NCBI RefSeq assembly: GCF_036321535.1
Contig: NC_087437.1
Span: 112,532,001-112,596,000 of the forward strand
Length of the DNA stretch: 64,000 nucleotides
Direction of reading: 5' to 3'
DNA from: Camelus dromedarius
Taxonomy: Eukaryota
The position numbers and the translations under genes are program-made. Shown here piece by piece: positions 12,267-26,095 of the stretch (position 1 is the first letter of the stretch; each line of letters starts with the position of its first letter). The notes beneath the pieces were generated by a model that saw only the letters and a program-made list of their open reading frames with translations, did no database searches and was not told the DNA's origin.

Positions 12267-12439
12267 AATAAAATCGGCACCCAGCCACTATTTTGTTGAC
12301 TATGAGAAAGTTTAAGTTTATGTTAATTTTTAGGGTCTGATAGAATATTTCATGTGTATTACAGTGGTATCCATATGCTATGTCTCTAAACTTTATTTTC
12401 AAAAGCTTAAGGCCCAAATATAAACTTCTCTGGAATAAA
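12267..12439 (+). terminator. SON: SON polyadenylation signals AATAAA (12267-12272 and 12434-12439)
   Basis: Canonical hexamers at the end of a repeat-free 3' UTR; GT/T-rich sequence follows. Confidence 0.65.
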
Positions 12440-12550
12440 TGTGGTGGTTTATTTTCTGAATTGCAAAGTGAACACATACTTCTTCACTACTGTTACTTCT
12501 TTACCCAATGTTTTGATTTCTAAGTGCTTTTATTTAAGAAAGTTTGAATT

Positions 12551-12574
12551 ACACACACACACACACACACACAC
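12551..12574 (+). repeat. (AC)n microsatellite
   Basis: Direct reading. Confidence 0.95.
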
Positions 12575-13222
12575 AAATGCCTACAAGAAAATATTAAATA
12601 CTACCTTGTCACGACAGCTGAGCATACTTTACAACTCAATACTGTTCTATGTGGAATACAAAATACTCTTACCTGAATTAACGTACATTAAAACAAACTT
12701 TTAAACAGGTAGGAACTAAACAACTAGGTGGTAGCAGCAGTCAGCTTGGTAGCTGTGTCTACATTTGTTTTCTCCCTCTGTACAGCTAGAACTGGCTGGT
12801 AATCCTAAGTGAACTGTTAAAGATTTGCCCTGATGCTATTAGTCACAATGCCGTAACTGGTCCTAAGCCTCAATTTCCACTTGCAAGGAAACACTCAAGT
12901 TTTCTACCCATTTTATAATCACGTTATATGGATCTAGAATTTTCATTCAAGTTATTTAAACTTCTTAAAAAATTCATCTTCGTATCTGACTAATCAAAAT
13001 AGTAAAAACAGTATGTTGATTTTAAAACCTTAATCCTTCTGCTTACTGCATGTAATAAAAATTACTATAAAAGGTTAATGTTTATAAACACTTGAATACT
13101 TAAAAAGCTATATTCCTGTTAACTTCCAAAGTGAACTTTAAAGCCAAAGGAATAAGGATCTTGAATTTCTTTGCTAGAAGGCTTTTTTCCTCAAAAGACT
13201 CCTGTTAGGCTTACTTTGGTGT

Positions 13223-13360
13223 TCAGGATCTCCAACTATAAATGTAGTCACTCATTTCCACATGCCGTAAAGATGATTTCCCCAGTGTTGGTGTTTGACT
13301 AAGTTGGTTCAGAGTCTTAGGGTGCAATCCACAGTTAGCAAGCTCCTCATGAACAGCCTC
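13223..13360 (-). CDS. DONSON: DONSON exon 10 (last coding), [14 protein letters not shown]...DYIYSWRS*
   Basis: ttccacag acceptor; TGA at 13225-13223; 138 nt. Confidence 0.95.
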   Translation of the reverse strand, partial: EAVHEELANCGLHPKTLNQLSQTPTLGKSSLRHVEMSDYIYSWRS

Positions 13361-13807
13361 CTGTGGAAATTTGAATGCAACTTAATTAAAAGCACGTCAG
13401 TCTTTGAACACTGAAGAGTTTAAGTAGCAAACTGATAAAACGGACAATTTAAGAGTCTTTCATAAACTCTAAATAAAAAACTACGTATGTCCAAAGTTTT
13501 TAAAAGGCAAACATGGTTAAATAAACACCCACAATTTATAGTAAAGGAGCCAGGCACTATTAAGTTTTGGATCTCAGAGGACAATGAAAAGAACTGGGAA
13601 GTTTCTTAGTCAATGTTGAATACATCAGCCTGAATTCATAAAATTTATCTCACAAAAAACTCAGTCTTTATCCCTTCCTCTTAGTAACTAGTGATAATAG
13701 TAAGTAGTACAGTTTAATAACTTGAAACGCCATTTTGGCTTATAAATCGCTTATTTCCTCCATCCAGCTTGAGGAAACGGCAGATGATCTGCTCACAGCA
13801 GTCTCAC

Positions 13808-14020
13808 CTTATCTAGTACTTCATCCATTGGTGGGCACATATTAAACACAGCAGTTGGCTCGTGTGTATACAGTCCTGCAGAAAATGACCCACTCTGTGA
13901 AGATCTGAGGAGCATGGTCATGGAATGTAGAGAATGAGGCATGACAGGACCTGTAATTTCCAAACTAAATTGATCTTTGTATCCAGAAAGAGCTTGTGTC
14001 TTCACATTTACACTGCGTGC
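13808..14020 (-). CDS. DONSON: DONSON exon 9, [14 protein letters not shown]...MDEVLDK
   Basis: ttgaag acceptor, AAG|gtgag donor, 213 nt. Confidence 0.95.
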
Positions 14021-14760
14021 CTTCAAAAAAATTTAAAGAAAATCATGGTCACCATCTTTCAAGATTTTGTCCCTAGCTAAAATGTGTTCCATAACTTATC
14101 TCATCTGGGTTTTCTTCTCTAATAGTTATGAAACAAAAGTAGTTCATAAGCCGTCAAAAGAATGTTACACCAGTAAAAAATGTTAAGTAATTCTCAGCTT
14201 CCAGAATCCTCTTCTCCAAATTATGAGATTATCAATTTAAGTATTAATTCTAGAGAACAGTTTCTTAATATGGTATTCTTTCTGACTTATGAGTATAGTT
14301 TCAATACAGAATATTGGGAAACTAAAAATTCAATTGTGTTACTACTATATTCAGTATATTTTTTATTTACATGTGTAATTTTTTCAATAATTTGGATATA
14401 TAGTTATTCTTTTCACTTATCCATGATCCAGTTTTTGAGACATCCTGTAATTTTACGTAACATTCTTGGCTCTGTTCTTTTACTGGTTAAGAAATGAGAC
14501 AAAATGAGATTAAACAACTTTTTCTTATGGCAATAATTCAAGTATAACATTTCATATAATTAATATATTTTCATTTAATTGCTCTGATAGAACTTTATAC
14601 CAAGGAATTTTTTTACTGGGAGGAAAGCAAAAAACAATTTGTACCATGTAGATATTAGGAGTTATTAAAAACACATAAAGAATTTATCCTATCAAAACAA
14701 AAAGTATGACTTTAAAAGCTAGATATTAGTGTAGAATTTCCTTTGTTTTCTTTTTATTAC

Positions 14761-14959
14761 CTTAAGCATTTGCATTGTGGCACCCCGGAAAGCTACTGGG
14801 GACAGGAGAGTTGGTGGAAGTCCTGCCTGTGGACCTGAGGTAGCAATTAAACTCTTAGAGTTGATCAAAAAATTTAGCAATGTAAAGGTGTTCAATCCCT
14901 TTACCAACACAACAGACTCAGGTCTGTGATCCATTTGTATTTCGTGTTTTTCTTTACGC
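14761..14959 (-). CDS. DONSON: DONSON exon 8, [15 protein letters not shown]...[21 protein letters not shown]
   Basis: Conserved [13 protein letters not shown] motif; cttcag acceptor, AAG|gtaata donor, 199 nt. Confidence 0.96.
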
Positions 14960-15440
14960 CTGAAGATGACAATCAAGGAAATTGCAAATGCAAATCCCAT
15001 GCCAATAGGAAAAGCAGTTATCTTGATCCTGAATCACCTGAAACCATTTTCCCCATTCCAAACTGGAACTGCTCTAGCTAATCCTCTTCACTGCAATTAT
15101 AAGGCATCTATTTAAATCAAAATGATTTCCTTTGACTGTCTAAATTTGCTAGAAATTGATACCTAAAAAAACTAATTTCTTTTCTAGTCAAAAATATGTT
15201 CTATTCCCTCCCTACATTTAACCAAAATGGAACATTTTCACTTAAAAAAAGTTAAATAATTTAGGGTTTATTGGTCCTTAGGGCTTTTTTCTTTTTTGTT
15301 TAAGGATTTTTTTTTAGTGTCATGATGGAGAATCAGTTTTAATAGGATCTTAAAGATAATTTAAGATTATAGTCAAAAAAAACTGCCACTAACTTAATTC
15401 AATGAAAATCAATTCCAGTTAACAGCAAATGAAAGGATAC
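14960..15440 (-). other. DONSON: U12-type (minor spliceosome) GT-AG intron 7 of DONSON
   Basis: Donor GTATCCTT; branch-like TTCCTTGAT about 12-20 nt before the AG. Confidence 0.85.
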
Positions 15441-15545
15441 AACTTGATAGAAAGTACGTCTGGTTTTTTGATTCTATCTTGCACACCCATCTCCTCTAGC
15501 CAGGAAAAACTTTCTTCTTCATCCTCATCGCTGACTGCTTGCTCC
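15441..15545 (-). CDS. DONSON: DONSON exon 7, [34 protein letters not shown]
   Basis: cctag acceptor, 105 nt phase 2-2. Confidence 0.94.
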
Positions 15546-15663
15546 CTAGGAAATTGCTACAGTCAGTTATGGTTCCCATTTCATAACGCTGTTTCCTCTA
15601 TAAAACTATTGCACTGAACCCCTAAGTCACCACATGATGTGAAAGGTTCTCTTAATCACATAC

Positions 15664-15742
15664 TCATGTCCCAAGCTTGTTTCAGATGCTTTCTTCTTCT
15701 CATGGCAATTTTCTTTTATTAAAGGCAGAGAAAATTCAATAC
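15664..15742 (-). CDS. DONSON: DONSON exon 6, (G)IEFSLPLIKENCHEKKKASETSLGH
   Basis: gtag acceptor, GA|gtatgt donor, 79 nt; phases fit the flanking exons. Confidence 0.9.
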
Positions 15743-16363
15743 CTACATGAGAAAAGAAAAATGTAACTGAGTTTTCTTTGATATAATCTAAAAGAATTCA
15801 ATAGGTGTGCCCAACTTGTAGAGTATGATATCCGAAAATGAGGTTTTACACTTGAACGGTTAAGACAGTACTTTTCAAGCTTTTTTGACAGCAGCTCACA
15901 ACACACACATCCTTGAAACAAAAGGTTCAGGAAACAACATGTACTCTCACTACATCTGGTACTCCTCCATCAAGTATATTCTACTCTATTTCATTTATTT
16001 TAAACTGTGCTGAATAAGCCCACTACATAGATTTCATGATCCACTAATGGGTTGACCCAGCCTTAAAATCATGATTAAAAGGTGGTAGGTTAATTTGTAC
16101 TGCAAAAGAATTTCTACAGAACATATCCAGATTGAGACTTTTCAGTTCAATATATGTTTAGAGATCAGAGAAGGGAACACCACTAACATAAAGCCATGTG
16201 CAGTGGACTGCTTAATTACATGCTGGAGAAAAATAAAAAATGAAGAAATAAAGTAATTAATTAGATAAAACTGGTAAAAGAATTCAAAAGACAGTTCAAA
16301 TTTTAGCTTTTAAGGAAACTTTACTGTATGGTGTGGTATTCTCACTTAAACCTGTAGTTTTAC

Positions 16364-16542
16364 CTTCGTTTTTCATAGCTTCTCTTATACCTCTGGTCGT
16401 AGGAGATACGAGAGCTGTGATTACATCATTTCCAGCTAATCCTGCTGCACGGAACAGGACAGTAAACTGATAGGTACAAACGTAGAAAAAGGGGCAAAGT
16501 CTTGTCTTCAGCAGATTATATAGAGAAGTAAAGCTCACAGAC
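16364..16542 (-). CDS. DONSON: DONSON exon 5, [32 protein letters not shown]...[13 protein letters not shown]
   Basis: catag acceptor, G|gtaaaa donor, 179 nt. Confidence 0.96.
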
Positions 16543-16891
16543 CTATGAAGCAAAAAATTTTTCTTTAGGTACCATTAAACACTTAACTCAACACCTACTA
16601 TTTAATCTTGTATAGTTTAATTTGATACTCACCTGATTTAAAACACAAATATTACAGATAATGGTTTGAATTTTTGCCATGACACACAACCTGGCTTTTT
16701 AAAGAACTGAAATTGGTCATGGGACTCATTGATGACTTCTAAATAAATAGTGTTCACCATTTAAACACTAGCCATTTTTTCTTTCAACAAAACTTACTTA
16801 ATAAGTGGTTGCTGACTTTTAATAAGCAGCTTCTACTGATGAGAAAGAAAGCAGCCACTGATAAGAAGTAACATTTAAGATTATGTCTCTA

Positions 16892-17468
16892 AAATAGATA
16901 AACAAGTTTATACTGTATATATAGCACGGGGAACTATATTCAATATCTTATAGTAACTTACGGTGAAAAAGAGTAAGAAAACAAATACATGTACATTCAT
17001 GTATGACTAAAGCATTATGCTGTTCACCAAAAACTGAGAAAACATTGTAAACTAACTATACTTCAATAAAAAAATATATATACAAAAAAAAAAATTAGAA
17101 AGTAATGCTGAAGTAGAATACTATTCAGCAATAAAAAGAAACCTAATTATACATGACACCATATGGATGAGCTTCAAAACCATTATTCTAAGGGAAAGAA
17201 CTCAGAACACTACATTTATATACAATGTCTAGAAAAGGCAAATCTACTGATACAGAAATAAATCAGTGGTCATTTGGGGCTAGGAGTGGGATCAGGAATT
17301 AATGCAAATGGGCATGAGAAAACTTTCTGGGATGAGGTAAACGATCTAAAACTTAGCAATGGTTGTACAACGATATAAATTTACTAAAAAGCATTTAATT
17401 GTACACTTAGAAGAGTCTGTGTACATTAAGTTATTCTTCAATAAAGAGGTTTTCTGTATGTTAAAAAA
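16892..17468 (+). mobile_element. L1 3' end plus older L1M-like segment within one TSD pair
   Basis: tatagcacggggaactatattcaatatct L1 end, polyA ~17084-17094, second AATAAA 17440-17445, direct repeat attatgtctcta at 16880 and 17469. Confidence 0.75.
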
Positions 17469-17697
17469 ATTATGTCTCTATATACTTATCGAACACATAT
17501 ATATTCCACAACTGCATAAAGAGTGAATAAGAGCTAAAAAAGTAAACAGTTTAAATCTTGGTTATTAACAGTTTAAATAATTCAGAAGGACATAGAAATC
17601 CTTCTACCACTTTACATTTCCACATCATAAAATAAGGTGAGAATACTGCTAAAATGAAAACTCGCTACTGGGTTGTACAAGTTTTTACTAATCTTAC

Positions 17698-17876
17698 CAG
17701 TCACTCATTAAATTGTGTTGCAGGGTTTCATCATTCGACCATGGGTTTGTCTTTCCAGCCATTCTTCTGTCCGCTCCAATACGAGGGAACAGTGGTAGCC
17801 AAGAAAAGGCAGGGTGGAGCCAATAGATAAGGCTCTGCTGGAAGGCACAACGGAGCTCAGTGCAGAGTTTGGGATC
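17698..17876 (-). CDS. DONSON: DONSON exon 4, [32 protein letters not shown]...LMSD
   Basis: tttag acceptor, TG|gtaaga donor, 179 nt. Confidence 0.96.
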
Positions 17877-18834
17877 CTAAAATCCAGACAAAACGTTGGA
17901 CAGTTTTTGCCCCATTAAAAGTAGAGAATTTAATTAAAAAGACACTGAATATACTAAACACATTCTCAGAATCTTTACTGCTTCCTATAGGAAAGTGTTA
18001 GTAACTGTTACAGGGGCTAAAATGTAGTTTATTATTGTTTAGGAAAACCTTATCTGCCAGCAATTACAATCTGTTAAACCACATATTAGAAGGAACACTC
18101 AGACACAGATGGGAACATTCGCCTGTCTCTACCACCCTTGAGAACAGTAACTATCTCTACCACGAGAGCAGGGGTGTGTGTGGGGATGCATGTGTAGGAA
18201 ACACTATGTTCAACCTCCTTCCCTCACAAACGGTTCCAAAAGTAGCCAGTAAAAATGATGTGAATCACAAATCATCCAGATCTATTTGTCGAAAAAGACA
18301 GGCCTCTTTTAGGTAATCTCTTATAACCTGGTTTGAATTGATGAGCTCCTTGAAAGTAATGCAATTACATTTCTCTAAAATCATTCCAGAACTCATTATT
18401 AACTCTACTGAATTTAAAACAGACCATCACCCTAATGGCAAGAATTAGTGCATTTAAAAAACAGAGTATATATTACGTGAAAAAAATCAGTAAAATAACC
18501 AATCTGCCTTGGCAATCCTACTCAACTGCTTTTCATTTCTTTTCCTTACATTTTCTTTCTCAAAAAGCCTTAGAAAAGAATGATTAGTTTAAACAATTCC
18601 TCCATGCAACACTGACTTATTCTCAGGATAGCTCTCTAAATTTAATGAGTAGTTACTGAATCTGATTTTAAAAAGTATGAAAGTATCATTTGGGAAATTA
18701 AAAATTTTCCCAACTTTCTGTGTTTTAAACGTCAGAAGAAAAACTTAATGGAACTATCTCTGATATTCTGCAGAGAAGTACATTTTACACTTAATTTGTT
18801 AGCTTAAAACATAGCTATTTACTTTGAGAATTAC

Positions 18835-19038
18835 CTGTATACTTTGAGGCAAAGTAACTTCTGTTGCCCTACAATGCTGGATGACACCTTGAGCCTCTTC
18901 CTGTGCTTTCACATGATCTGCCCAGGTAAAGGGCTGAGAAGAGGTGAAAAGGAGTCGAGTTTTAATACTCCAGTCCACAGGTAACTCAGTACTTTCTGAG
19001 GACGGAATATCAGGTTCGGAGACTGATACGTGAGGAGT
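18835..19038 (-). CDS. DONSON: DONSON exon 3, [10 protein letters not shown]...[15 protein letters not shown]...LPQSIQ
   Basis: PVDWSIKTR motif; aag acceptor, CAG|gtaa donor, 204 nt. Confidence 0.95.
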
Positions 19039-20125
19039 CTTTTAGGAAACAAAGAACACAAAAATTAGTAGAGTACCAAGAAAAAAACCCTTCAATATAC
19101 AGAATTCATCAATTAACACTCATGATCACTGAAATTTCAAAATGCCATCAATTGTATAATAAATAACATTGAAAATATATACCCACTGTGGAAAAAGTCC
19201 GGAAAGAGCTACACTAAACTTCACAGTGATTATCTCTGGAAAGTGTAAATTGTTGTTGGGGGTGGGGGTGGTGAAGGGCAGTTTTCACTTTTTAGTTTAT
19301 TATGGTTCTATACAGTTTAGTTATAAGAGATACACTATTTTCATGATAATTAAAAAAAAATCTACTGCTGATACTACTAAAGCACAAATCTTCCAAGTAT
19401 TTTTTTTTTGAAGAGTACCCTTTAAGCCTTTAAAACTCTGGACCCAGGGCTAAGCTGTTCTTGTAGGTAACTTAAGTTGGGCTCTTAAAGGTCATATTTA
19501 AGAAGTATATACTGATCTCAAAACTTCCTCCCAAACTATTTTGCTGTTCTTTCAATTCAGTCTTCTCCCCATTACAAGGATTCTTTTGGATGACATTATA
19601 AAAAAGTAACAGGGAAGGGGAATTCCAACAGAACCCATGAAGGCCATTTATTTGCATGGAAGGAAGACCCTGCTCGCATTAGGACAAACTACGCTTTTCT
19701 TGAACTATCACCAAAGAAGTAGCTGAGGGATGGAACCAAGAAGAGTATGCTCTGTGTGTGGCGGTGGTGGTAGTGAGGTTCAGTGATAGGACAAAACTTG
19801 TGGAGATCATCTGGGGATTTGAAGATTCAGTGAAGGATTAAGTTCAAAAAGCAGCTAAGCCTGGAGGGGTTGGCTCTGAGTGACAAGCTGGAGTTGTCAC
19901 CACCCACAGAAGAGTATCAGAAATTTTGGGGGTGGAAGGAAAACCCACATCTACACCCATTTTAGCAGCGCTAAATTATAAACATTATACACATTATAAA
20001 CATTACTACAACATACCAAATCCTTTATCACTCAGGACTCTGTGAAACTATTTTCCAAGTAAAATGCTTCTGAGAAGCACGAATTTATAAAAATATACAT
20101 TCTAATGACACTTAAAAAGTATTAC

Positions 20126-20206
20126 CTGGAGTAGTTCAGTAATAGCTGTTCTTTCAGGAAACTTCTCTTCCCATAGTAAATCATTTTCTTGATTAGAATC
20201 TAAAAA
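20126..20206 (-). CDS. DONSON: DONSON exon 2, [27 protein letters not shown]
   Basis: ctcag acceptor, CAG|gtaat donor, 81 nt. Confidence 0.93.
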
Positions 20207-20659
20207 CTGAGGTTAAAAACAAAGGTCCATTTACATTATAAATGACACTGGAGTTTGCTTTAAACACAGGGACGCACTGGCATACAAGTTTCTCAGTAAA
20301 TGCCAAGTGCAGGAATTCACACGAGCCCAAATCGGGACATCAGAGTGTTTCACTACATTTTTGTGTCTGGACTTTGCTATCAAAATGGAGGGGGAAAACG
20401 GCAGGTGATGTGTGCAGCTAACAATAATTCAATAATCAATAATCTCAATTCAAAAGACCCAGAAGGTTTTGGCTAAGACAAATACTAGCAAATTCTGACC
20501 CCACGAATCCTCAGCATCCTTCCAATTTTGAGCGCGTGAGAAGGGAAGCAATGAAGCACGCAGGGAAGTGGGTCTTGTAATCTTCCCAGCAAACCATGGG
20601 CTGCCAGTAGTCGAGCAATCTTCCCACCAATCTCGAATGCCACACCAGAGGGCTGGAGC

Positions 20660-21480
20660 CCAAAGTCCCCGGGCCAGACCGCGGGTCTTTTCCTCAGGAC
20701 CCGCCGACGCCCGGCCAGCCCCGCGCGTCCGGCGGCAGCTCACGGGGCACATTCACGCCAGCCCGACCTCTCGGAGCAGCCACCCCCGGAACTCAGGGAT
20801 CCCCGGCGCCGTGGGCGGCTTCAACTTCGCGCCCATTTCCCTCCTGGAACGTGAGAACTTGCCATCCCCACTGCACAGCCCAGTGGACCCACGAACCACA
20901 AGAGCCCCTCGGCTCCCGGGCACAAAGACACTCACCGAGCCCGGCGCCTCCCGCTGGCCGCGGGGCGGCCCGTCCGGAGGCTCGGCGGCGGCCCGCGGCC
21001 GGTTGTCCAGGCGGGCGAAGGGGTTCCGCCGGGCCGCGGCCGGGCCACCGCCGCCCCTGCCCGCCGCCGGGAAAGGGCGGAGGGGCAGCCCGGCCGCCAG
21101 CGCGGCGCGGCGGGTCGTCGGCTCAGGCCGCTCCTCGGGCGAGGAGGCGACCCCAAGGCTCCGGCCCCTTTTCCGTCGGAGCCGCAAGGTCTCTGGCGGT
21201 CTTTTGAAACTGGGCGAGTAGCCGGGCACGGAGAGCGCCATGACGCGCGGCGGAGACCGAGGGGCCGTCCGCTTGCCCCGCAGGCGCTTCCCGCGCACGC
21301 CAGCCCCGCCCCCGGCGTGGCCCCGCCCCCGAGGCGTCTCTCAGCGCGTGCGCCCTAGGGCGCCCCGCGAGGCCCCGCCCCCGGCCGCACTCCTCTGAGG
21401 CCGCGGGCGCTCCAGTGCCCGGCGTTTCCTGGGACCCTTCCTTGCCTCTCCAGCCGTGCCCATGGCTGTAGTCGGGTCAC
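20660..21480 (-). promoter_or_regulatory. CpG island / DONSON promoter
   Basis: Very GC/CpG-rich; GC boxes ccccgccccc (~21304, 21321, 21373); E2F-like TTCCCGCG ~21288; NRF1-like GCGCGTGCGC ~21344. Confidence 0.8.
20936..21241 (-). CDS. DONSON: DONSON exon 1 coding part, [16 protein letters not shown]...[10 protein letters not shown]...EAPGS
   Basis: ATG 21241-21239 in gtcATGG context; TCG|gtgagt donor; the ten exons sum to 1683 nt in frame. Confidence 0.95.
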
Positions 21481-22214
21481 TGGGAACTAACTGGCTGGGA
21501 AGCAGGCGGTCCAGGGCACCAGAGTAGCTGACCGCTATTTAAATCCGCAGCAGGGTGTGATGAGCCCGGGGCAGGGCGCCAAGGTGAAAGGAAACATCAC
21601 ACTTGAGCTTCTGCTTGCATAAACTTCCAGAGGGCAGTGGCAAAGTCCAGAGCTGCAGAGAGCGGCCTGGGCCTCCTCCCCATACCCCTAAAACAGAGAA
21701 CCCTGATAGGAAATCAGCACGCTGGCTATGCAGGGACAGCCTCCCGCCCCACTTCCCAAGCATCGCCAGGCAAGCCTTCCACGCAAATACTGCAGCAGCC
21801 ACGTGCGAGTTACTGTGATGCTCCTGTTGGATCCGGAGGAATCCCTGGAGTGAATGAATATTTGAAAAACAATTTAGGTTTCTATGGGCTAAATCCTTTG
21901 GACTTGCAAATATATTCAAATGATTAAATTACAACAGCAAAGGCGTAGGTTGAGAATGGAGTTGATACAAAATACCGTTATTTGGCATAGCAAGAGACTC
22001 CAGCTTTATCGATAGAGTAGCGTGGCTTCTGCTCAAAGCAGTTTCCTTCGTGGAAAGAATTTTATAACAGAGGCAAATATATAAAAACAATAACTAAAAA
22101 GGCATCTGAATATTCCCTTTAGATGTTATAGAATTGTCTTGACCTTTAGTTTGATTTTTTTTCAAATTTTTCAAGTACTTTTCAAATACTTCCAATAACT
22201 CTGAGCATCTTGTT

Positions 22215-22332
22215 TCAGCAGGAAAACATGCTTAAAAATGTAAAAACTTGCTTTTGTCTTCCTCGACTTTTCTTAACAATTTCCAAGGGAACTCTGGCTT
22301 CAAATACTGGAATAGGTTCATCCAACTGAGGT
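22215..22332 (-). other. CRYZL1: Tandem duplicate of the CRYZL1 last exon, open frame [38 protein letters not shown]
   Basis: 116-nt offset repeat of the 22349-22448 exon including a ttctttctcag acceptor. Confidence 0.8.
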
Positions 22333-22348
22333 CTGAGAAAGAACAAAA

Positions 22349-22486
<138 letters not shown>

Positions 22487-22989
22487 TTAAAGACGAATAG
22501 AGCACATAGGATGGTAGTGGACAATTGCTATAGTTCAACTCTTATCAACTTAAACAAACTTGCCCATTAATATTTCCACCATAAAAAGTGGTTAAATTTT
22601 GAAGGGGGAAAAACACCTATTTTATCCACTCATCTTTTTTGATAAACAGATCCAACTGGAAAAAAAAAATTGTACTTCTCCCTCTTCTCAAGCTGTGGGT
22701 TATTTAAAGTTGCTTTGGAAGGGGTGATGAGGATAAGCAAAGGGTGAGGCATTGTATGGAATGGAATAAAGAATTAACTCACGAACCACTTCTATCTTAG
22801 GGAATACTTACTGGTGTGTCACAAGACACACTTTGAGAAATATTAAAGAGCCGCTATTTATCTAAACAAAATAACAAAATATAGAGGCAACAGGTGTACT
22901 GAGAAAGCTGAAACAAAAGTGGAAATGCCCATCCTATCTCCTTGAGAAGAGAAAAATAAACAAGACAATGATTTGGTCATTTAGCATAC

Positions 22990-23035
22990 CTAAAAACACC
23001 AGTTGATAACTTCTCCATCACGTCTTTTAAGATAC
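22990..23035 (-). CDS. CRYZL1: CRYZL1 exon 12, (C)ILKDVMEKLSTGVF(R)
   Basis: Follows an AC acceptor; AG|gtatgc donor; 46 nt. Confidence 0.92.
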
Positions 23036-25182
<2,147 letters not shown>

Positions 25183-25796
25183 TCAGCACACAAACTTTAA
25201 TAACAGTATGTATACTATAATGTTTTTCTTTTCTAATTCATTGTTCAAAATGATGAGACAGCAAGGTCAAATGCAAGACCAATCTAGAGGTGATGAAGTG
25301 GGAGCTGGCACACGTGCAAGCACACATGTGATTTCTGGCTGCTACTCACCAGTCATCTTCGCGAGGATGTTGAAAAATCGATGAAGACTGGTATATGAGA
25401 GTTATGATCAGCCACAATAAAAATATTTAAATTTTGTTGAGAAATGTAACTTTGGAAGACAATGTATATACAAACACGTTTGTTGTAAACTCCATTTTTA
25501 ATAACTAGAAATTGTCATAATTTTATATAGAAATATTTTGTTAAGTATATGTCAACAGGAGTGTTTGTTATTAAGGAAAAAGTTCTTATTAAAAATACTA
25601 TTAAAAAATTCAGAAGTCACTACTTCCAAACCACTAAATAAGAGTTAAACAAATTCCTTTGCTAGGACTTTCAACAGTTTATTCAACATGTAGCTAAAAA
25701 GTGAAAAAAATTTTTTTTACCTTTCTTTAAAAATAGGATATAATTCAGAATTTATACTAATTTAGCCATAAAAGACTTGCCTCAAAAGACTTAGGC

Positions 25797-25901
25797 AGGA
25801 GGGAGGGGGTTTAGCTCAGTGGTAGAGCACACGCTTAGCATGCACAAGATTAGCATGCACAAGATCCTGGGTTCAATCTCAGTAACTTTGTTAAAAAAAA
25901 A
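25797..25901 (+). mobile_element. tRNA-derived SINE with an internal 15-bp tandem duplication
   Basis: A/B boxes; ttagcatgcacaaga occurs twice. Confidence 0.85.
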
Positions 25902-25973
25902 TACTTAGGTATTATTCTTTGTTAATTACATCCCTTTGGTGTAATAGTAATGCTTTATTGTTTCTGATAATAC

Positions 25974-26095
25974 CTGCAAGTTTTCTTCTGTTGTTACCCA
26001 ATGGCCTCCAACACCAAGAAGGGTGATGATATCATGTTTATGTGGTAGTAGTTGTAATTTTTCAGCTGGCTCATCGTCTTTAGTATATAATCTCA
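25974..26095 (-). CDS. CRYZL1: CRYZL1 exon 10, (V)[40 protein letters not shown]
   Basis: 122 nt; CAG|gtatta donor. Confidence 0.93.

Noticed and set aside
20450..21298. Several long overlapping ORFs (up to 217 aa) at the DONSON 5' end, including a GTG-started N-terminal extension
   Set aside because: Stop-codon scarcity in a CpG island explains them; only 21241-20936 matches DONSON and ends at a gtgagt donor.
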